Of a DNA stretch of 64,000 bases, positions 1 through 9,935 are shown piece by piece. The translations under genes were made by a program, and so were the position numbers. The stretch covers positions 194,209 through 258,208 of the forward strand of contig CAKOYD010000002.1 in the NCBI GenBank assembly GCA_934130545.1, written 5' to 3'. The notes beneath the pieces were generated by a model that made no database searches, was not told where the DNA came from, and saw only the letters and a list, made by a program, of their open reading frames with translations. Origin of the DNA: an uncultured Bacilli bacterium (GTDB taxonomy: Bacteria > Bacillota_I > Bacilli_A > RF39 > UBA660). Numbering within the stretch: position 1 is the stretch's first letter; every line of letters begins with the position of its first letter.

Positions 1-680
1 CCCTCTACTAAAGCAAAGTCTCTAACTCTTCTAAATAACCTATTACATATTCTAGGCGTTCCTCTACTTCTTCTAGCTAATTCATAAGCTGCTTCATCAG
101 TTATTTCTGTATTTAATATTCTCGATGTTCTTTTAACTATTTGAAATAATTCATCAACTGTATAATAATTTAATTTAGATATTATTCCAAATCTATCTCT
201 TAATGGTGCTGATAAATCACCAGCTCTTGTTGTTGCGCCTATTAAAGTAAATGGTGGTAGATCTATCTTTATATTTCTACTATTACCATCAGTACCTATT
301 ACGATATTTATGTAATAATCTTCCATAGCGGAATATAAAATTTCTTCAACAAACTTAGGCATTCTATGAATTTCATCAATAAATAATACATCGTGAGGTT
401 CTAATGAAGATAAGACTGCTGCTAAATCACCACTTTTTTCAATAGCTGGTCCACTAGCAGTTTTTATTTGACTACCCATTTCATTAGCAATAATATTAGC
501 TAGAGTTGTCTTACCAAGTCCAGGTGGACCATATAATAATATATGGTCTAGACTATCGTCTCTTAATAAAGCTGATTTTATAAATACATCAATATTTTGT
601 TTTACTTCTGTCTGTCCTATATATTCATCAAGTCGACTTGGTCTAATATCATTACTCTCTTCTTCAAATAAACTATTCAT
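1..680 (-). CDS. ruvB: Holliday junction branch migration helicase RuvB; the C-terminal part runs off the window edge
   Basis: Minus-strand translation gives [25 protein letters not shown]...[22 protein letters not shown]...FIDEIHRM (Walker A and B motifs, AAA+ RuvB). ATG at 680 with GGAGGTGG RBS. Lies directly upstream of ruvA. Confidence 0.9.
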   Translation of the reverse strand, partial: MNSLFEEESNDIRPSRLDEYIGQTEVKQNIDVFIKSALLRDDSLDHILLYGPPGLGKTTLANIIANEMGSQIKTASGPAIEKSGDLAAVLSSLEPHDVLFIDEIHRMPKFVEEILYSAMEDYYINIVIGTDGNSRNIKIDLPPFTLIGATTRAGDLSAPLRDRFGIISKLNYYTVDELFQIVKRTSRILNTEITDEAAYELARRSRGTPRICNRLFRRVRDFALVE

Positions 681-697
681 ATTCCACCTCCTTTAAT

Positions 698-1252
698 TTA
701 TTTTAATAATAATTTTAAAGCCTCTTTAATTTGATCTTCTAATGTTAAATTAGAGTTTACTGATACCACTACTTTCTTAATATCAGCTTGTTTATATCCC
801 AAAGCAAGTAAAGCATCAACTAATTCTTGATTATTAATAGTAAATAAATCTCTCTCTACTAAAGCAAGTTTTCCTTTTAAATCAAGTATTATTTGTCTTG
901 CTACTTTATCACCTATCTTAGGGAATTTCTTTAAATATAAAATATTTTCTCTTTCGACAGCATCCATAATACCATTGATACTACCTGTTGCTAGCATTGG
1001 TAAAGCCATTTTAGGTCCCAACCCTTTAACAGATATTAACTTTAAGAATAACTTTAACTCTTCTTTTTCTTTAAATCCATATAATGAATGTTCATCTTCT
1101 TTTATCTGTGTATAAGTATATACTTTATATTCATTATTTAATTTATAACTATAAGGATTAGGTACATAGATAATATAACCTATATTATTATTATCAATAA
1201 CTATATAACTAGATTCTATTTCTACCACTAACCCTTTAATATATGCATACAT
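698..1252 (-). CDS. ruvA: Holliday junction DNA helicase RuvA
   Basis: 184 aa with an N-terminal OB fold and helix-hairpin-helix motifs (ISVKGLGPKMALPML). Adjacent to ruvB. Confidence 0.9.
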   Translation of the reverse strand: MYAYIKGLVVEIESSYIVIDNNNIGYIIYVPNPYSYKLNNEYKVYTYTQIKEDEHSLYGFKEKEELKLFLKLISVKGLGPKMALPMLATGSINGIMDAVERENILYLKKFPKIGDKVARQIILDLKGKLALVERDLFTINNQELVDALLALGYKQADIKKVVVSVNSNLTLEDQIKEALKLLLK

Positions 1253-2412
1253 TATTTCATCTCCCTGATGTCTTTAGTCGTTAGATTCTTAAGTATATTA
1301 CTATCTATAGTTGTTATCTTCCCACTACTTTTATTAATATTCTTAATAGTATCTTCAATTAATATATTTAATAATTCTTTATATGAAATATTTACTTCTT
1401 CCCATAAATGATGTGAAAAACATAATGGAATATTCTCTACTTCATTAACATATAATTTCTTTTCTTTCTTATCATATAAGAAATCAACACGACATATTCC
1501 TGTATTATTAAATAAACTTACCGCATTTGTAGCCATCTTCTTAATATCTGCTTCCATCTTTTCATCTAATTTAGCTGGGCATATCTTCTTTACTTTATTA
1601 TCTTCTTCACTCTTTGTTAAATAGTTATCAGAAAATATCTTATACTCTCTATCAACGATACATTCTTCTATAGCAGATAGCATTAACTTATCATTAGTTT
1701 TTAATACTGAAATATTATATTCTAAGAAGTCTTTTATTTTTTCTTCAACAATTATCTTTCTATCATAACGAAGTACTTTCTCAATAGTAGAATCTAATTC
1801 TTCTTTACGATTAATTACTTCAATACCTACTGAACTACCTAATGTTGCAGGTTTAATAATTAATGGATACTCTAACTTATCAATCTTCTTAAATAAAGCT
1901 TCTTTGTCTTTATAATAGTCGTTATCAAAAAACCATACATACCTAGGAATAGGTAAATTATTAAACTCTAATATTTGCTTAGATAATATCTTATCTTGAC
2001 TTACTACTGCTGAATATATATTATTACCTACAAACGGAATACCTATCATTTGTAAATATCCTTGGATAACACCATCTTCAATGCCTGCCCCATGAACCAT
2101 CGGAAAAGCTAAATGAATCTCAGTTAATTCACGTTTAATAAGTCCTGTTGTTTGTAATACAAAACGTCCTTTCTTATTAACCAAATTAACTTTCGTAGCA
2201 TATCTATCTATTAAATTAAAATTATTAAAGCTGTCTATATATCTTAGCATTCCTGAAGCATACCACACTAAATCTTTAGTTATATAAATTGGTATAAACT
2301 CATATTTATCTGTATCTATTTGTTCCATAGCTTGTAAAGCCGTTAATATTGATAATTCATGCTCTACACTACATCCTCCAAATATAACTCCTATCTTTAA
2401 TTTCATACTCAT
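1252..2412 (-). CDS. ddl: D-alanine--D-alanine ligase (ATP-grasp)
   Basis: 386 aa. N-terminal IGVIFGGCSVEHELSI, ATP-grasp motifs (LIIKPATLGSSVGI, NEVENIP). Typical Ddl length. Confidence 0.85.
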   Translation of the reverse strand: MSMKLKIGVIFGGCSVEHELSILTALQAMEQIDTDKYEFIPIYITKDLVWYASGMLRYIDSFNNFNLIDRYATKVNLVNKKGRFVLQTTGLIKRELTEIHLAFPMVHGAGIEDGVIQGYLQMIGIPFVGNNIYSAVVSQDKILSKQILEFNNLPIPRYVWFFDNDYYKDKEALFKKIDKLEYPLIIKPATLGSSVGIEVINRKEELDSTIEKVLRYDRKIIVEEKIKDFLEYNISVLKTNDKLMLSAIEECIVDREYKIFSDNYLTKSEEDNKVKKICPAKLDEKMEADIKKMATNAVSLFNNTGICRVDFLYDKKEKKLYVNEVENIPLCFSHHLWEEVNISYKELLNILIEDTIKNINKSSGKITTIDSNILKNLTTKDIREMK

Positions 2413-2527
2413 ACCTTCCTTCTATAATTATTATAAACTATTTTTATTAAATAGCAAAGAAAAATGCTTATAGTTAACACTTTTTAATAACTTTATGTAG
2501 GCATATACATATAATAAAGTAAAGGAT

Positions 2528-2800
2528 GTGTTATATATGAATGATGATAGAGATATGTACTATAATACATATGGTTATTCTTCTGTCTTTCCAAACCCTA
2601 TGAATCCTATGATGAATAATCAAAATATGCCTATGCCTTATATGAATCAAAATAATGAATTAGAAAATAGACTTAGTCGTATGGAAAGACAAATAAAAAG
2701 ATTAGATCAAAGACTTAGTCGACTAGAAAACCCAACTGGTTATAATCAAACTAACTACAATCAATACACTGAACCAGATAACTCTATGTATATGATGTAA
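2528..2800 (+). CDS. small N/M/P/Y-rich protein with a C-terminal coiled-coil; possible spore coat or cortex-associated protein
   Basis: 90-aa ORF, low-complexity N-terminus (NPMNPMMNNQNMPMPYMNQNN), then heptad-like ENRLSRMERQIKRLDQRLSRLE. No recognised family. Composition resembles small spore-coat proteins. Confidence 0.35.
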   Translation: MLYMNDDRDMYYNTYGYSSVFPNPMNPMMNNQNMPMPYMNQNNELENRLSRMERQIKRLDQRLSRLENPTGYNQTNYNQYTEPDNSMYMM

Positions 2801-2846
2801 TTAATAAGCACATTTAGTAATAACTACTGAATGTCTTTTTCATATA

Positions 2847-2876
2847 AAAAACGTTAACTAATTTAGCTAACGTTTT
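2847..2876. terminator. bidirectional intrinsic terminator between convergent genes
   Basis: AAAACGTTA-ACTAATTTAGC-TAACGTTTT gives a 9-bp stem flanked by A- and T-runs. Lies between the convergent 2528..2800(+) and 2880..3518(-) genes. Confidence 0.6.
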
Positions 2877-2879
2877 AAT

Positions 2880-3518
2880 TTACTTTCTTCTTTTTACAGT
2901 AGGCATCGGTTTATCAAAAGATACTTCATTAAATCTTTCTATTCCCTGCTCTTCACAAAGTTCTAAATACTTGTCATCCCAAGATAATCTATAAGCATCA
3001 TTAATATCTAAACCAATTTTACTAACCCATTCTTTAACAATATCTTCCGGATTTCTAGTAGTACTTTTATTCTCTACTTCTATGCATACTCCAAATGGAT
3101 ATTCATTAACAGATATTTCAACATCATCATTTTCAAATACTGTCCTATATCTTTCATAACTTTCAACAACATTAAAATGCATAACATTACTTACTATATA
3201 CAAGAAATTATCTATATCAGCAGGGTTAATTCTTACTTCCTTCTCTTCTTCTTTATTTACTTCAGTTTCAGTAGTATTCTTTAATCTTCTCTTCCAACTA
3301 AGTTTACACTTTGATTCATTATCATTTGCTGATATTCTTACTCTAAATCTTCCATCGATTTCTTGACTATAAAAATCATACTTTTCATCACAATGATTGT
3401 ACTGAATAGTCTTTTCGTAAATTCTAGATTGTTCTTTCAAACCTACTTCTTTTCTTAAATCTTTTAAAATATTTGCTAAATCTTCCGTTGCATAATAAAA
3501 TCTTACTTCATATTCCAT
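2880..3518 (-). CDS. CYTH-domain protein (CyaB/thiamine-triphosphatase-like triphosphate tunnel metalloenzyme)
   Basis: 212 aa. Starts MEYEVRFYY, the hallmark N-terminal ExExK motif of CYTH domains. Acidic-residue pattern throughout. Confidence 0.6.
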   Translation of the reverse strand: MEYEVRFYYATEDLANILKDLRKEVGLKEQSRIYEKTIQYNHCDEKYDFYSQEIDGRFRVRISANDNESKCKLSWKRRLKNTTETEVNKEEEKEVRINPADIDNFLYIVSNVMHFNVVESYERYRTVFENDDVEISVNEYPFGVCIEVENKSTTRNPEDIVKEWVSKIGLDINDAYRLSWDDKYLELCEEQGIERFNEVSFDKPMPTVKRRK

Positions 3519-3647
3519 TTATTTTCATCTCCCTACAAAGTTATACTCTTACATGAATAATTATATCATAAATAATTTATTTCGCAAAAAAACATTATAA
3601 TAACTGCCTACTTCTTACTATACTAAATATATAAAGCTCTAAAGGAA

Positions 3648-4661
3648 TTAATTTTTACTGCTATTTAATACCTTTTCAACCTCATTAATTAACTGTTCTT
3701 TATTAGGAATATAGTAAGTATATGTTGACGCAAATATATTATTAGATAAACCACCTAAAGCATATTCTAATAATACTTTATCTTTATCAGTACATAATAT
3801 TATCCCAATAGGCTTACCATCATCTGCATTATTTATATCTCGCTCATAATAATTAAGATACATATTCATTTGGCCAAGATTTTCAGCTTTTAAACCATTC
3901 ATCTTCAAATCTATTAAAACATATGATTTTAAAAACTTGTTATAAAAAACCATATCTACATAATAATCTACGTTGTTAAGCATTATTCGTTGCTGACTTC
4001 CAACAAACATAAACCCTTTACCAAGTTCCAATATAAAATCTTCTATATGTCTTATTAACTTATATTCTAAATCTTTTTCTAGCAATGGTTTTTGTTCTTT
4101 TATTCCCAAAAACTCAAACACATAAGGCTCTTTTATTAAATCAATTGGCTTTGCCAGCACCTGCCCTTCTCTAGATAATTCTAAAATCTTTTTTCTATTT
4201 GATTTACCATCTGATAACAATAACCTTTCAAATAACGAAGTTTCCAATTGTCTCCTTAATTCTCTAACACTCCAATTTTCATTAATACATTCCTTTTCAT
4301 AAAAACTTCTTTTGTCTTTATTCTGAATTATCATTAGTTCTAAATAGTGAGACCATGTTAATTCTTCATTTAATTCTTCTAAATTAGGATAAGCCTTATA
4401 AAAAACTCTCATATATTTTAAGTTAGAAATTGAATACCCTTTTCCCAAATATTTTGTCAATCTTTTCGATAAGTCTTTCAAGACTTCTTGCCCGTATTCA
4501 AGCCTATTATTATATTTTGTTTCGCTCGAAACGATAATTCTGCCAATATTCCAATAAACATAAACAATAGATTTATTAATTTCCTGCGCTAAATTAGCTT
4601 TTGCCTGATTAACTAACTCTGTTATTTCATTTGTCATTTTATTGCTTACTTCTTCTAACAT
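3648..4661 (-). CDS. YhcG-like DUF1016 protein (PD-(D/E)XK nuclease-fold family)
   Basis: 337 aa. The C-terminal portion (…YVLIDLKMNGLKAENLGQMNMYLNYY…) resembles the PDDEXK core of the YhcG/DUF1016 family. Confidence 0.55.
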   Translation of the reverse strand: MLEEVSNKMTNEITELVNQAKANLAQEINKSIVYVYWNIGRIIVSSETKYNNRLEYGQEVLKDLSKRLTKYLGKGYSISNLKYMRVFYKAYPNLEELNEELTWSHYLELMIIQNKDKRSFYEKECINENWSVRELRRQLETSLFERLLLSDGKSNRKKILELSREGQVLAKPIDLIKEPYVFEFLGIKEQKPLLEKDLEYKLIRHIEDFILELGKGFMFVGSQQRIMLNNVDYYVDMVFYNKFLKSYVLIDLKMNGLKAENLGQMNMYLNYYERDINNADDGKPIGIILCTDKDKVLLEYALGGLSNNIFASTYTYYIPNKEQLINEVEKVLNSSKN

Positions 4662-4680
4662 ATTACCACCTTTGCTGAAT

Positions 4681-4702
4681 TGGCCAGACGCGTCTGGCCA
4701 AT
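4681..4702. promoter_or_regulatory. 22-bp perfect GC-rich palindrome in the 5'UTR of the yhcG-like gene (operator or mRNA hairpin)
   Basis: TTGGCCAGACGCGTCTGGCCAA is a perfect inverted repeat, about 70% GC in a <30% GC genome. It sits 8 nt upstream of the GGTGG RBS of the 3648..4661 gene on its own strand. Confidence 0.5.
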
Positions 4703-4938
4703 TTAAGATACAATAATATTTGTTTCTTAAATCAGTGAATTACGGCTAACTAATTCAAATAAATATTTAAAATCATAATTACCTCCCTCTAATATTAATA
4801 TTCCGGATTAAATAATCATTTTACTTCAAAAATATTTAACTTTTTTTATTTTTTGTTTATTCGCATTATCTAATGCCTACTACATACTAGCCCATACACT
4901 AATTAACTAACAGCATAATATATATCAGGTGATAAAAA

Positions 4939-5400
4939 ATGAATAGTTATGATTATAAATATGATGATTATATGAATTCGAATTATATGACTGGTATTAA
5001 TAATATGATGAAGGATAATAACTTTACTAATACTTTTATGACTCCTAGTTATGCACTTGCTAGTACTAAAGAAGGTTTTGTAAAAGGTAATATGTTTAAT
5101 AATCTATATCAAGGATATAAAAACTATACTCCGGTAATGCCTAAAGCAAATAGTCAAAGAGAAATGTTATTAAATAAGTTATTAGAATACAAATTTGCCA
5201 TGATTGATTTAGGACTTTATCTAGATGTTAATCCTAATGATACTAGTTTAATTAATTTATATAATGAATATTTACAAGAAGAAAAAAAATTATGTATGCA
5301 GTATGAAAAAAGTTATGGCCCATTAACTCTAGATAGTATGAATTTAGGTCAAAATAACTGGATATGGGATAATGGCCCTTGGCCTTGGGAGGTAAAATAA
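4939..5400 (+). CDS. cotJB: spore coat protein CotJA-CotJB fusion
   Basis: 153 aa. The C-terminal half (EYKFAMIDLGLYLDVNPNDTSLINLYNEYLQEEKKLCMQYEKSYGPLT) matches the CotJB family. The N-terminal half (ALASTKEGFVKGNMFNNLYQGY) resembles the CotJA motif (ALRKGTLWP.LY.PY). Immediately followed by cotJC with a 1-nt spacer. Confidence 0.7.
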   Translation: MNSYDYKYDDYMNSNYMTGINNMMKDNNFTNTFMTPSYALASTKEGFVKGNMFNNLYQGYKNYTPVMPKANSQREMLLNKLLEYKFAMIDLGLYLDVNPNDTSLINLYNEYLQEEKKLCMQYEKSYGPLTLDSMNLGQNNWIWDNGPWPWEVK

Positions 5401-5401
5401 A

Positions 5402-5968
5402 ATGTGGAAATATGTTAAAACTTTAGAGTACCCAATTAATATTAAAAGAAAAGATTTACGTATGGCTAAGTTTTTAATTACTCAATATGGAGGTGCCAAC
5501 GGTGAATTAGCTGCAGCATTTAGATATTTAAATCAAAGATATACAATGCCTGATGATAAAGGTAAAGCCTTACTTACGGATATTGGTACGGAAGAACTTG
5601 CTCATGTTGAAATGATTTCAGCTATGGTTTATCAACTTATGAAAGGTGCTACTTTGAAAGAATTAAAAGAAGCCGGTTTAGATACAAACTATGCTGAACA
5701 TGGAAGAAGTCTATATCCAACAGATGCTAATGGCGTACCATTCACTGTTGCTTACTTTGCTTCAACCGGTGATCCTGTTGCAGATTTATCAGAAGATATG
5801 GCAGCTGAACAAAAAGCTCGTGCTGTCTATGAAAACTTAATAGATCTTACTGATGACCCTGATGTTATCGGACCACTATTATTCTTAAGACAACGAGAAG
5901 TTATCCATTTTGATAGATTTAGGCAGTTATATGAAGAATATAAGAAAAATTACTCCAAAAAAATATAG
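5402..5968 (+). CDS. cotJC: spore coat protein CotJC (manganese-catalase-like ferritin fold)
   Basis: 188 aa. YGGANGELAAAFRYLNQRYTMPD and ELAHVEMI di-metal carboxylate motifs. Highly similar to B. subtilis CotJC. Confidence 0.9.
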   Translation: MWKYVKTLEYPINIKRKDLRMAKFLITQYGGANGELAAAFRYLNQRYTMPDDKGKALLTDIGTEELAHVEMISAMVYQLMKGATLKELKEAGLDTNYAEHGRSLYPTDANGVPFTVAYFASTGDPVADLSEDMAAEQKARAVYENLIDLTDDPDVIGPLLFLRQREVIHFDRFRQLYEEYKKNYSKKI

Positions 5969-5988
5969 TTAACCTTTAACTATATTTT

Positions 5989-6738
5989 TTAATTACTCCT
6001 AACCGTATTAGAATTCGTAGTAAATTCTCCTAAATAGTAATTAGGTACTACTCCCTGAATTACCTTTAATGATAAAGGTATCTTATTAGATATGGTGATT
6101 CTTTCAGTAATAAATGGTAAATTAACTATCATTGATACTTCTACATAAACATCTACTTCGATTAAAGCATTATTAATACCATAACTAGATACTGTTGTTG
6201 ATATATTACTACATACATCTCCTATCATCTTATATCTTACTGGTATTTTAGCACCCAAATTACTTAAAAAGATATTATTAGTTATTAAACCTACCGGTAT
6301 TTCATAAATTACTCCCTTTTTTAACTTATCTTTATCATAATATACTGGTAAATCCATACTATCTATTTTGCCTTCTTCAACTAATGATAACTTTTTCTGA
6401 ATATTATCTGTAATATTATGAAGAATCGTTAAAACATTATTAGAGTCATAAGTAATTAGTTGAATCTCATCATTATCATTTTTTGTAATATCCATTAAAT
6501 TATCAATATTAATCTTCTTTTTATCATCTTCATTTACCGCCGAATTAATTATCATAGTAATAAACTTTCTAACTTCTGCCTCACCATATACTAAAGCATT
6601 ATCTTTAATAGCATTTGAAAAATATTTAATAATATAATAAGTACTAATTAAAGATAAAATTATAATAATAAATATTAAAATTAGATAATTACTTAGTTTT
6701 CTTTTTTTATGATATTTTAAATATACTCTATCTCTCAT
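5989..6738 (-). CDS. yunB: sporulation protein YunB
   Basis: 249 aa. N-terminal TM helix followed by the YunB-family core (…GEAEVRKFITMIINSAVNE…IPVGLITNNIFLSNLGAKIPV…). Confidence 0.75.
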   Translation of the reverse strand: MRDRVYLKYHKKRKLSNYLILIFIIIILSLISTYYIIKYFSNAIKDNALVYGEAEVRKFITMIINSAVNEDDKKKINIDNLMDITKNDNDEIQLITYDSNNVLTILHNITDNIQKKLSLVEEGKIDSMDLPVYYDKDKLKKGVIYEIPVGLITNNIFLSNLGAKIPVRYKMIGDVCSNISTTVSSYGINNALIEVDVYVEVSMIVNLPFITERITISNKIPLSLKVIQGVVPNYYLGEFTTNSNTVRSN

Positions 6739-6770
6739 AGTAAAAAATATGAAATAAATTATTTCATATT

Positions 6771-7409
6771 CTAACTTAAGCCATAATAAGATATTTTATA
6801 TTCGTTCCCATAGTCTTGTAACGAGAAGTGAACATTACGATATTTAGTATTTAAAATATTACTACTTTCATAATACCCAGCACTAACTAAGTATTCAATA
6901 GTACTTCCTTCTCTATTAACTGATATAACATCATACTTATCAATATATGTTATATAATTACTCTTAGTACTAGAAGATAAGCAATATAATTTATTATCTT
7001 TATTAATAAAATTTACTCCTTTATCCATCAAGAAACTATCTACTAAATTATTAATAAATAATTCTTTTACATTAGCAATTAATTCTTCATTATCTTCAAA
7101 CTTTAATGATTTACTATAAATAACACTATTTGAATCGATACATTCTTGATAATTAGTATTAATTTGGCCATTCAATTGGCAAAAACTATCATTAATATCT
7201 ACGTCACAAAATTTAGCACTACTATTACTAGTATTATTTAAAAATGTATATAACTTTTCATAGTATTCTTTACCTAATTCAATATATCTTTTATCATCAG
7301 CTATTTTATCTTTATATGTTACATCATAAAGTAATTTACCAACTACTCCACATAAGACAAAGACTAATGCTAAAGTAAAGATTAATAACCATTGTTTTTT
7401 CTTACTCAT
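6771..7409 (-). CDS. membrane-anchored hypothetical protein (signal anchor plus Cys-containing extracytoplasmic domain)
   Basis: 212 aa. N-terminal hydrophobic helix (WLLIFTLALVFVLCGVVG). No recognisable family. Confidence 0.4.
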   Translation of the reverse strand: MSKKKQWLLIFTLALVFVLCGVVGKLLYDVTYKDKIADDKRYIELGKEYYEKLYTFLNNTSNSSAKFCDVDINDSFCQLNGQINTNYQECIDSNSVIYSKSLKFEDNEELIANVKELFINNLVDSFLMDKGVNFINKDNKLYCLSSSTKSNYITYIDKYDVISVNREGSTIEYLVSAGYYESSNILNTKYRNVHFSLQDYGNEYKISYYGLS

Positions 7410-7417
7410 TATTTCAC

Positions 7418-9238
7418 CTACCTAACTATAAAGTATTCGTTGTACCAAACTAAGAATGTATATACTGTCCATATTTTTCTACTGTTGTCTCTTTTACCTT
7501 TTTTATGTTCATCTAATAACTTAATAACATACTTAGTGTTAAAGAATTCTTCACCTCTAGATATTGTATCTTTTACTTTATTATAGATATCATCTTCTTT
7601 TAACCATTCACGTAATGGTACTGGAAAACCTAATTTCTTCTTATTGGCTACTTTATCTTCTAATGTTTCTTTAGCTACTTGTCTAAATAAGTACTTAGTC
7701 TCACCATTACATATTTTATATTTAGTTGGAATACTACTAGCATAATCTATTAATTTACGGTCTAGGAATGGTACTCTAACTTCTAGTGAATTAGCCATAC
7801 TCATCTTATCAGCCTTTAATAGTATATCTCCTATTAACCAAAAATTAAAATCTATATATTGCATCTTACTAACTTCATCTTTATTTTTTACTTTATCATA
7901 ATATGGTTTAGTAATATCTTTATATGTCATCTTACCTCTTTTATAGCTTAATACTTTATTTATCTCATCATTATCATAAATAAAAGCATTACCAACATAT
8001 CTATCTTCCAACTTTTTACCGCGTCTTACTATAAAATTGAATCCTCGGTGTCCACGTAATGGATAAGCTATAATTCCTAAAGTTTTTCTAATAAAGTAAG
8101 GTATTTTATAGTACCAACTAACTGTATATGGTTCAGCATATATATTATATCCACCAAATATTTCATCAGCACCTTCTCCTGATAAAGCAACTTTAACATG
8201 CTGACTAGCTAAATTAGCTACAAAATATAACATTATAGCGGAAGGATCAGCTAAAGGTTCATCCATATAATACTGTATTAAAGGAAACTTTTCAAAATAT
8301 TCTTCTTTAGTAATTTCTTTGCTCTCATTCTTAACATTAATCTTCTTCGATAAGTCTTTAGCATAATCTATTTCACTATACTTTTTATTGGCATATCCGA
8401 CAGTAAATGTCTTATCAACATTACTTAAAGTAGCTATTAATGAAGAATCTACCCCACTAGATAAGAATGATCCAACTTCTACATCACTAATCTTATGATG
8501 ACTAATAGAATCGTCTAACTCTTTCTTAATACCTTTCTCCCATTCTTCAAAACTTCTCTCATCATTACTTTCTAATTTTACTTCATAATATTTTACTATA
8601 TCTAATTCTCCATCTTTATAAGTAAAATAATGACCTGGTCTTAACTTATATACATCTTTAAAAAATGTATCTTCCCCAACACTATATTGAAAAGTTAAAT
8701 ACTTTTCTAGCATATCTCTATTTAATTCTTTCTTAAAATTAGGATGAGCTAAGAAACTCTTTATTTCTGAAGAAAACATAAACTCAGTATCTGTCTTATA
8801 ATAATATAATGGTTTTATTCCATAAAAGTCTCTTGCTCCTACTACGATATCTTTTTCTATATCATATATAATAAAGGCAAACATTCCTCTTAACTTATTT
8901 ACTAATTTATCAATACCATATTCTTCATATCCATGAATAAGTACTTCAGTATCAGTATTAGTAGAGAAGATATGTCCTTTTTTCTCTAAGTCTTTTCTTA
9001 TATCTTGATAATTATATATTTCTCCATTAAAAACTATTACTTTATCCTTATTCTCATTATATATAGGTTGATTACCAGTATTCAAATCTATTATTGAAAG
9101 TCTTCTAAAACCTAGTGATACTTTATCACTTATATAATACCCATCTGAATCCGGACCACGATGTTCTATTAACTTAGCCATTTTTTTTATTGTATCTTTA
9201 TTTTTCGTTTTTCCTACGAATCCTACAAATCCACACAT
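7418..9238 (-). CDS. asnB: asparagine synthase (glutamine-hydrolysing)
   Basis: 606 aa. Starts MCGFVGFVG (class-II amidotransferase N-terminal Cys). Contains the SGGVDSS PP-loop. Confidence 0.9.
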   Translation of the reverse strand: MCGFVGFVGKTKNKDTIKKMAKLIEHRGPDSDGYYISDKVSLGFRRLSIIDLNTGNQPIYNENKDKVIVFNGEIYNYQDIRKDLEKKGHIFSTNTDTEVLIHGYEEYGIDKLVNKLRGMFAFIIYDIEKDIVVGARDFYGIKPLYYYKTDTEFMFSSEIKSFLAHPNFKKELNRDMLEKYLTFQYSVGEDTFFKDVYKLRPGHYFTYKDGELDIVKYYEVKLESNDERSFEEWEKGIKKELDDSISHHKISDVEVGSFLSSGVDSSLIATLSNVDKTFTVGYANKKYSEIDYAKDLSKKINVKNESKEITKEEYFEKFPLIQYYMDEPLADPSAIMLYFVANLASQHVKVALSGEGADEIFGGYNIYAEPYTVSWYYKIPYFIRKTLGIIAYPLRGHRGFNFIVRRGKKLEDRYVGNAFIYDNDEINKVLSYKRGKMTYKDITKPYYDKVKNKDEVSKMQYIDFNFWLIGDILLKADKMSMANSLEVRVPFLDRKLIDYASSIPTKYKICNGETKYLFRQVAKETLEDKVANKKKLGFPVPLREWLKEDDIYNKVKDTISRGEEFFNTKYVIKLLDEHKKGKRDNSRKIWTVYTFLVWYNEYFIVR

Positions 9239-9299
9239 TATAATTTCACCATACTTTCTATATAAAATTATATCATGTATATATTATTTAGTAAATTAA

Positions 9300-9357
9300 A
9301 AATACTCTTAGTTTACACATAAAAAAGCATCACTCTTTTAAAAGTGACACTCTTTAA
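9300..9357 (-). terminator. probable intrinsic terminator after the rubrerythrin gene
   Basis: On the minus strand an imperfect inverted repeat (AGTGTCACTTTTAAAAGAGTGATGC) is followed by TTTTTTAT just after the rbr stop codon. Confidence 0.4.
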
Positions 9358-9897
9358 TTAATAATTAGTACTTCTCATTTCAAAGTATGCTTGTGGATGA
9401 TTACATGCTGGACATACTTTAGGAGCTGTCTTACCTACATGGACATAACCACAGTTTCTACATACCCATACTGTTGTATCTTCTTTATCAAATACTCTTT
9501 CACTAGCTATATTATTTAATAACTTTAAGTATCTTTCTTCATGTTCTTTTTCAATAGCTGCTACTAATCTAAACTTATTAGCAATTTCTTTAAATCCTTC
9601 TTCTTCAGCTTCTTTAGCAAAACTATCATACATATCTGTCCATTCATAGTTTTCTCCTTCAGCTGCTGCTTTTAAGTTTTCTTTAGTACTTGGAACAGCA
9701 CCACCATTTAATAGCTTAAACCACATTTTAGCATGTTCTTTTTCGTTATTAGCAGTTTCTTCAAATATAGCTGCTATTTGTTCATAACCTTCTTTTTTAG
9801 CAGCACTAGCGAAATATGTATATTTATTTCTTGCCTGGCTTTCTCCAGCAAATGCTGTCATTAAGTTTTGATATGTTTTTGAATCTTTTAATTCCAT
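9358..9897 (-). CDS. rbr: rubrerythrin
   Basis: 179 aa. Ferritin-like di-iron domain (EKEHAKMW…EKEHEERY) plus a C-terminal rubredoxin-like CxxC…CxxC (CRNCGYVH…CPACNHP). Confidence 0.9.
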   Translation of the reverse strand: MELKDSKTYQNLMTAFAGESQARNKYTYFASAAKKEGYEQIAAIFEETANNEKEHAKMWFKLLNGGAVPSTKENLKAAAEGENYEWTDMYDSFAKEAEEEGFKEIANKFRLVAAIEKEHEERYLKLLNNIASERVFDKEDTTVWVCRNCGYVHVGKTAPKVCPACNHPQAYFEMRSTNY

Positions 9898-9935
9898 TAT
9901 TTACTACCTCCATCTAAATTATACTTGATTAAAGT

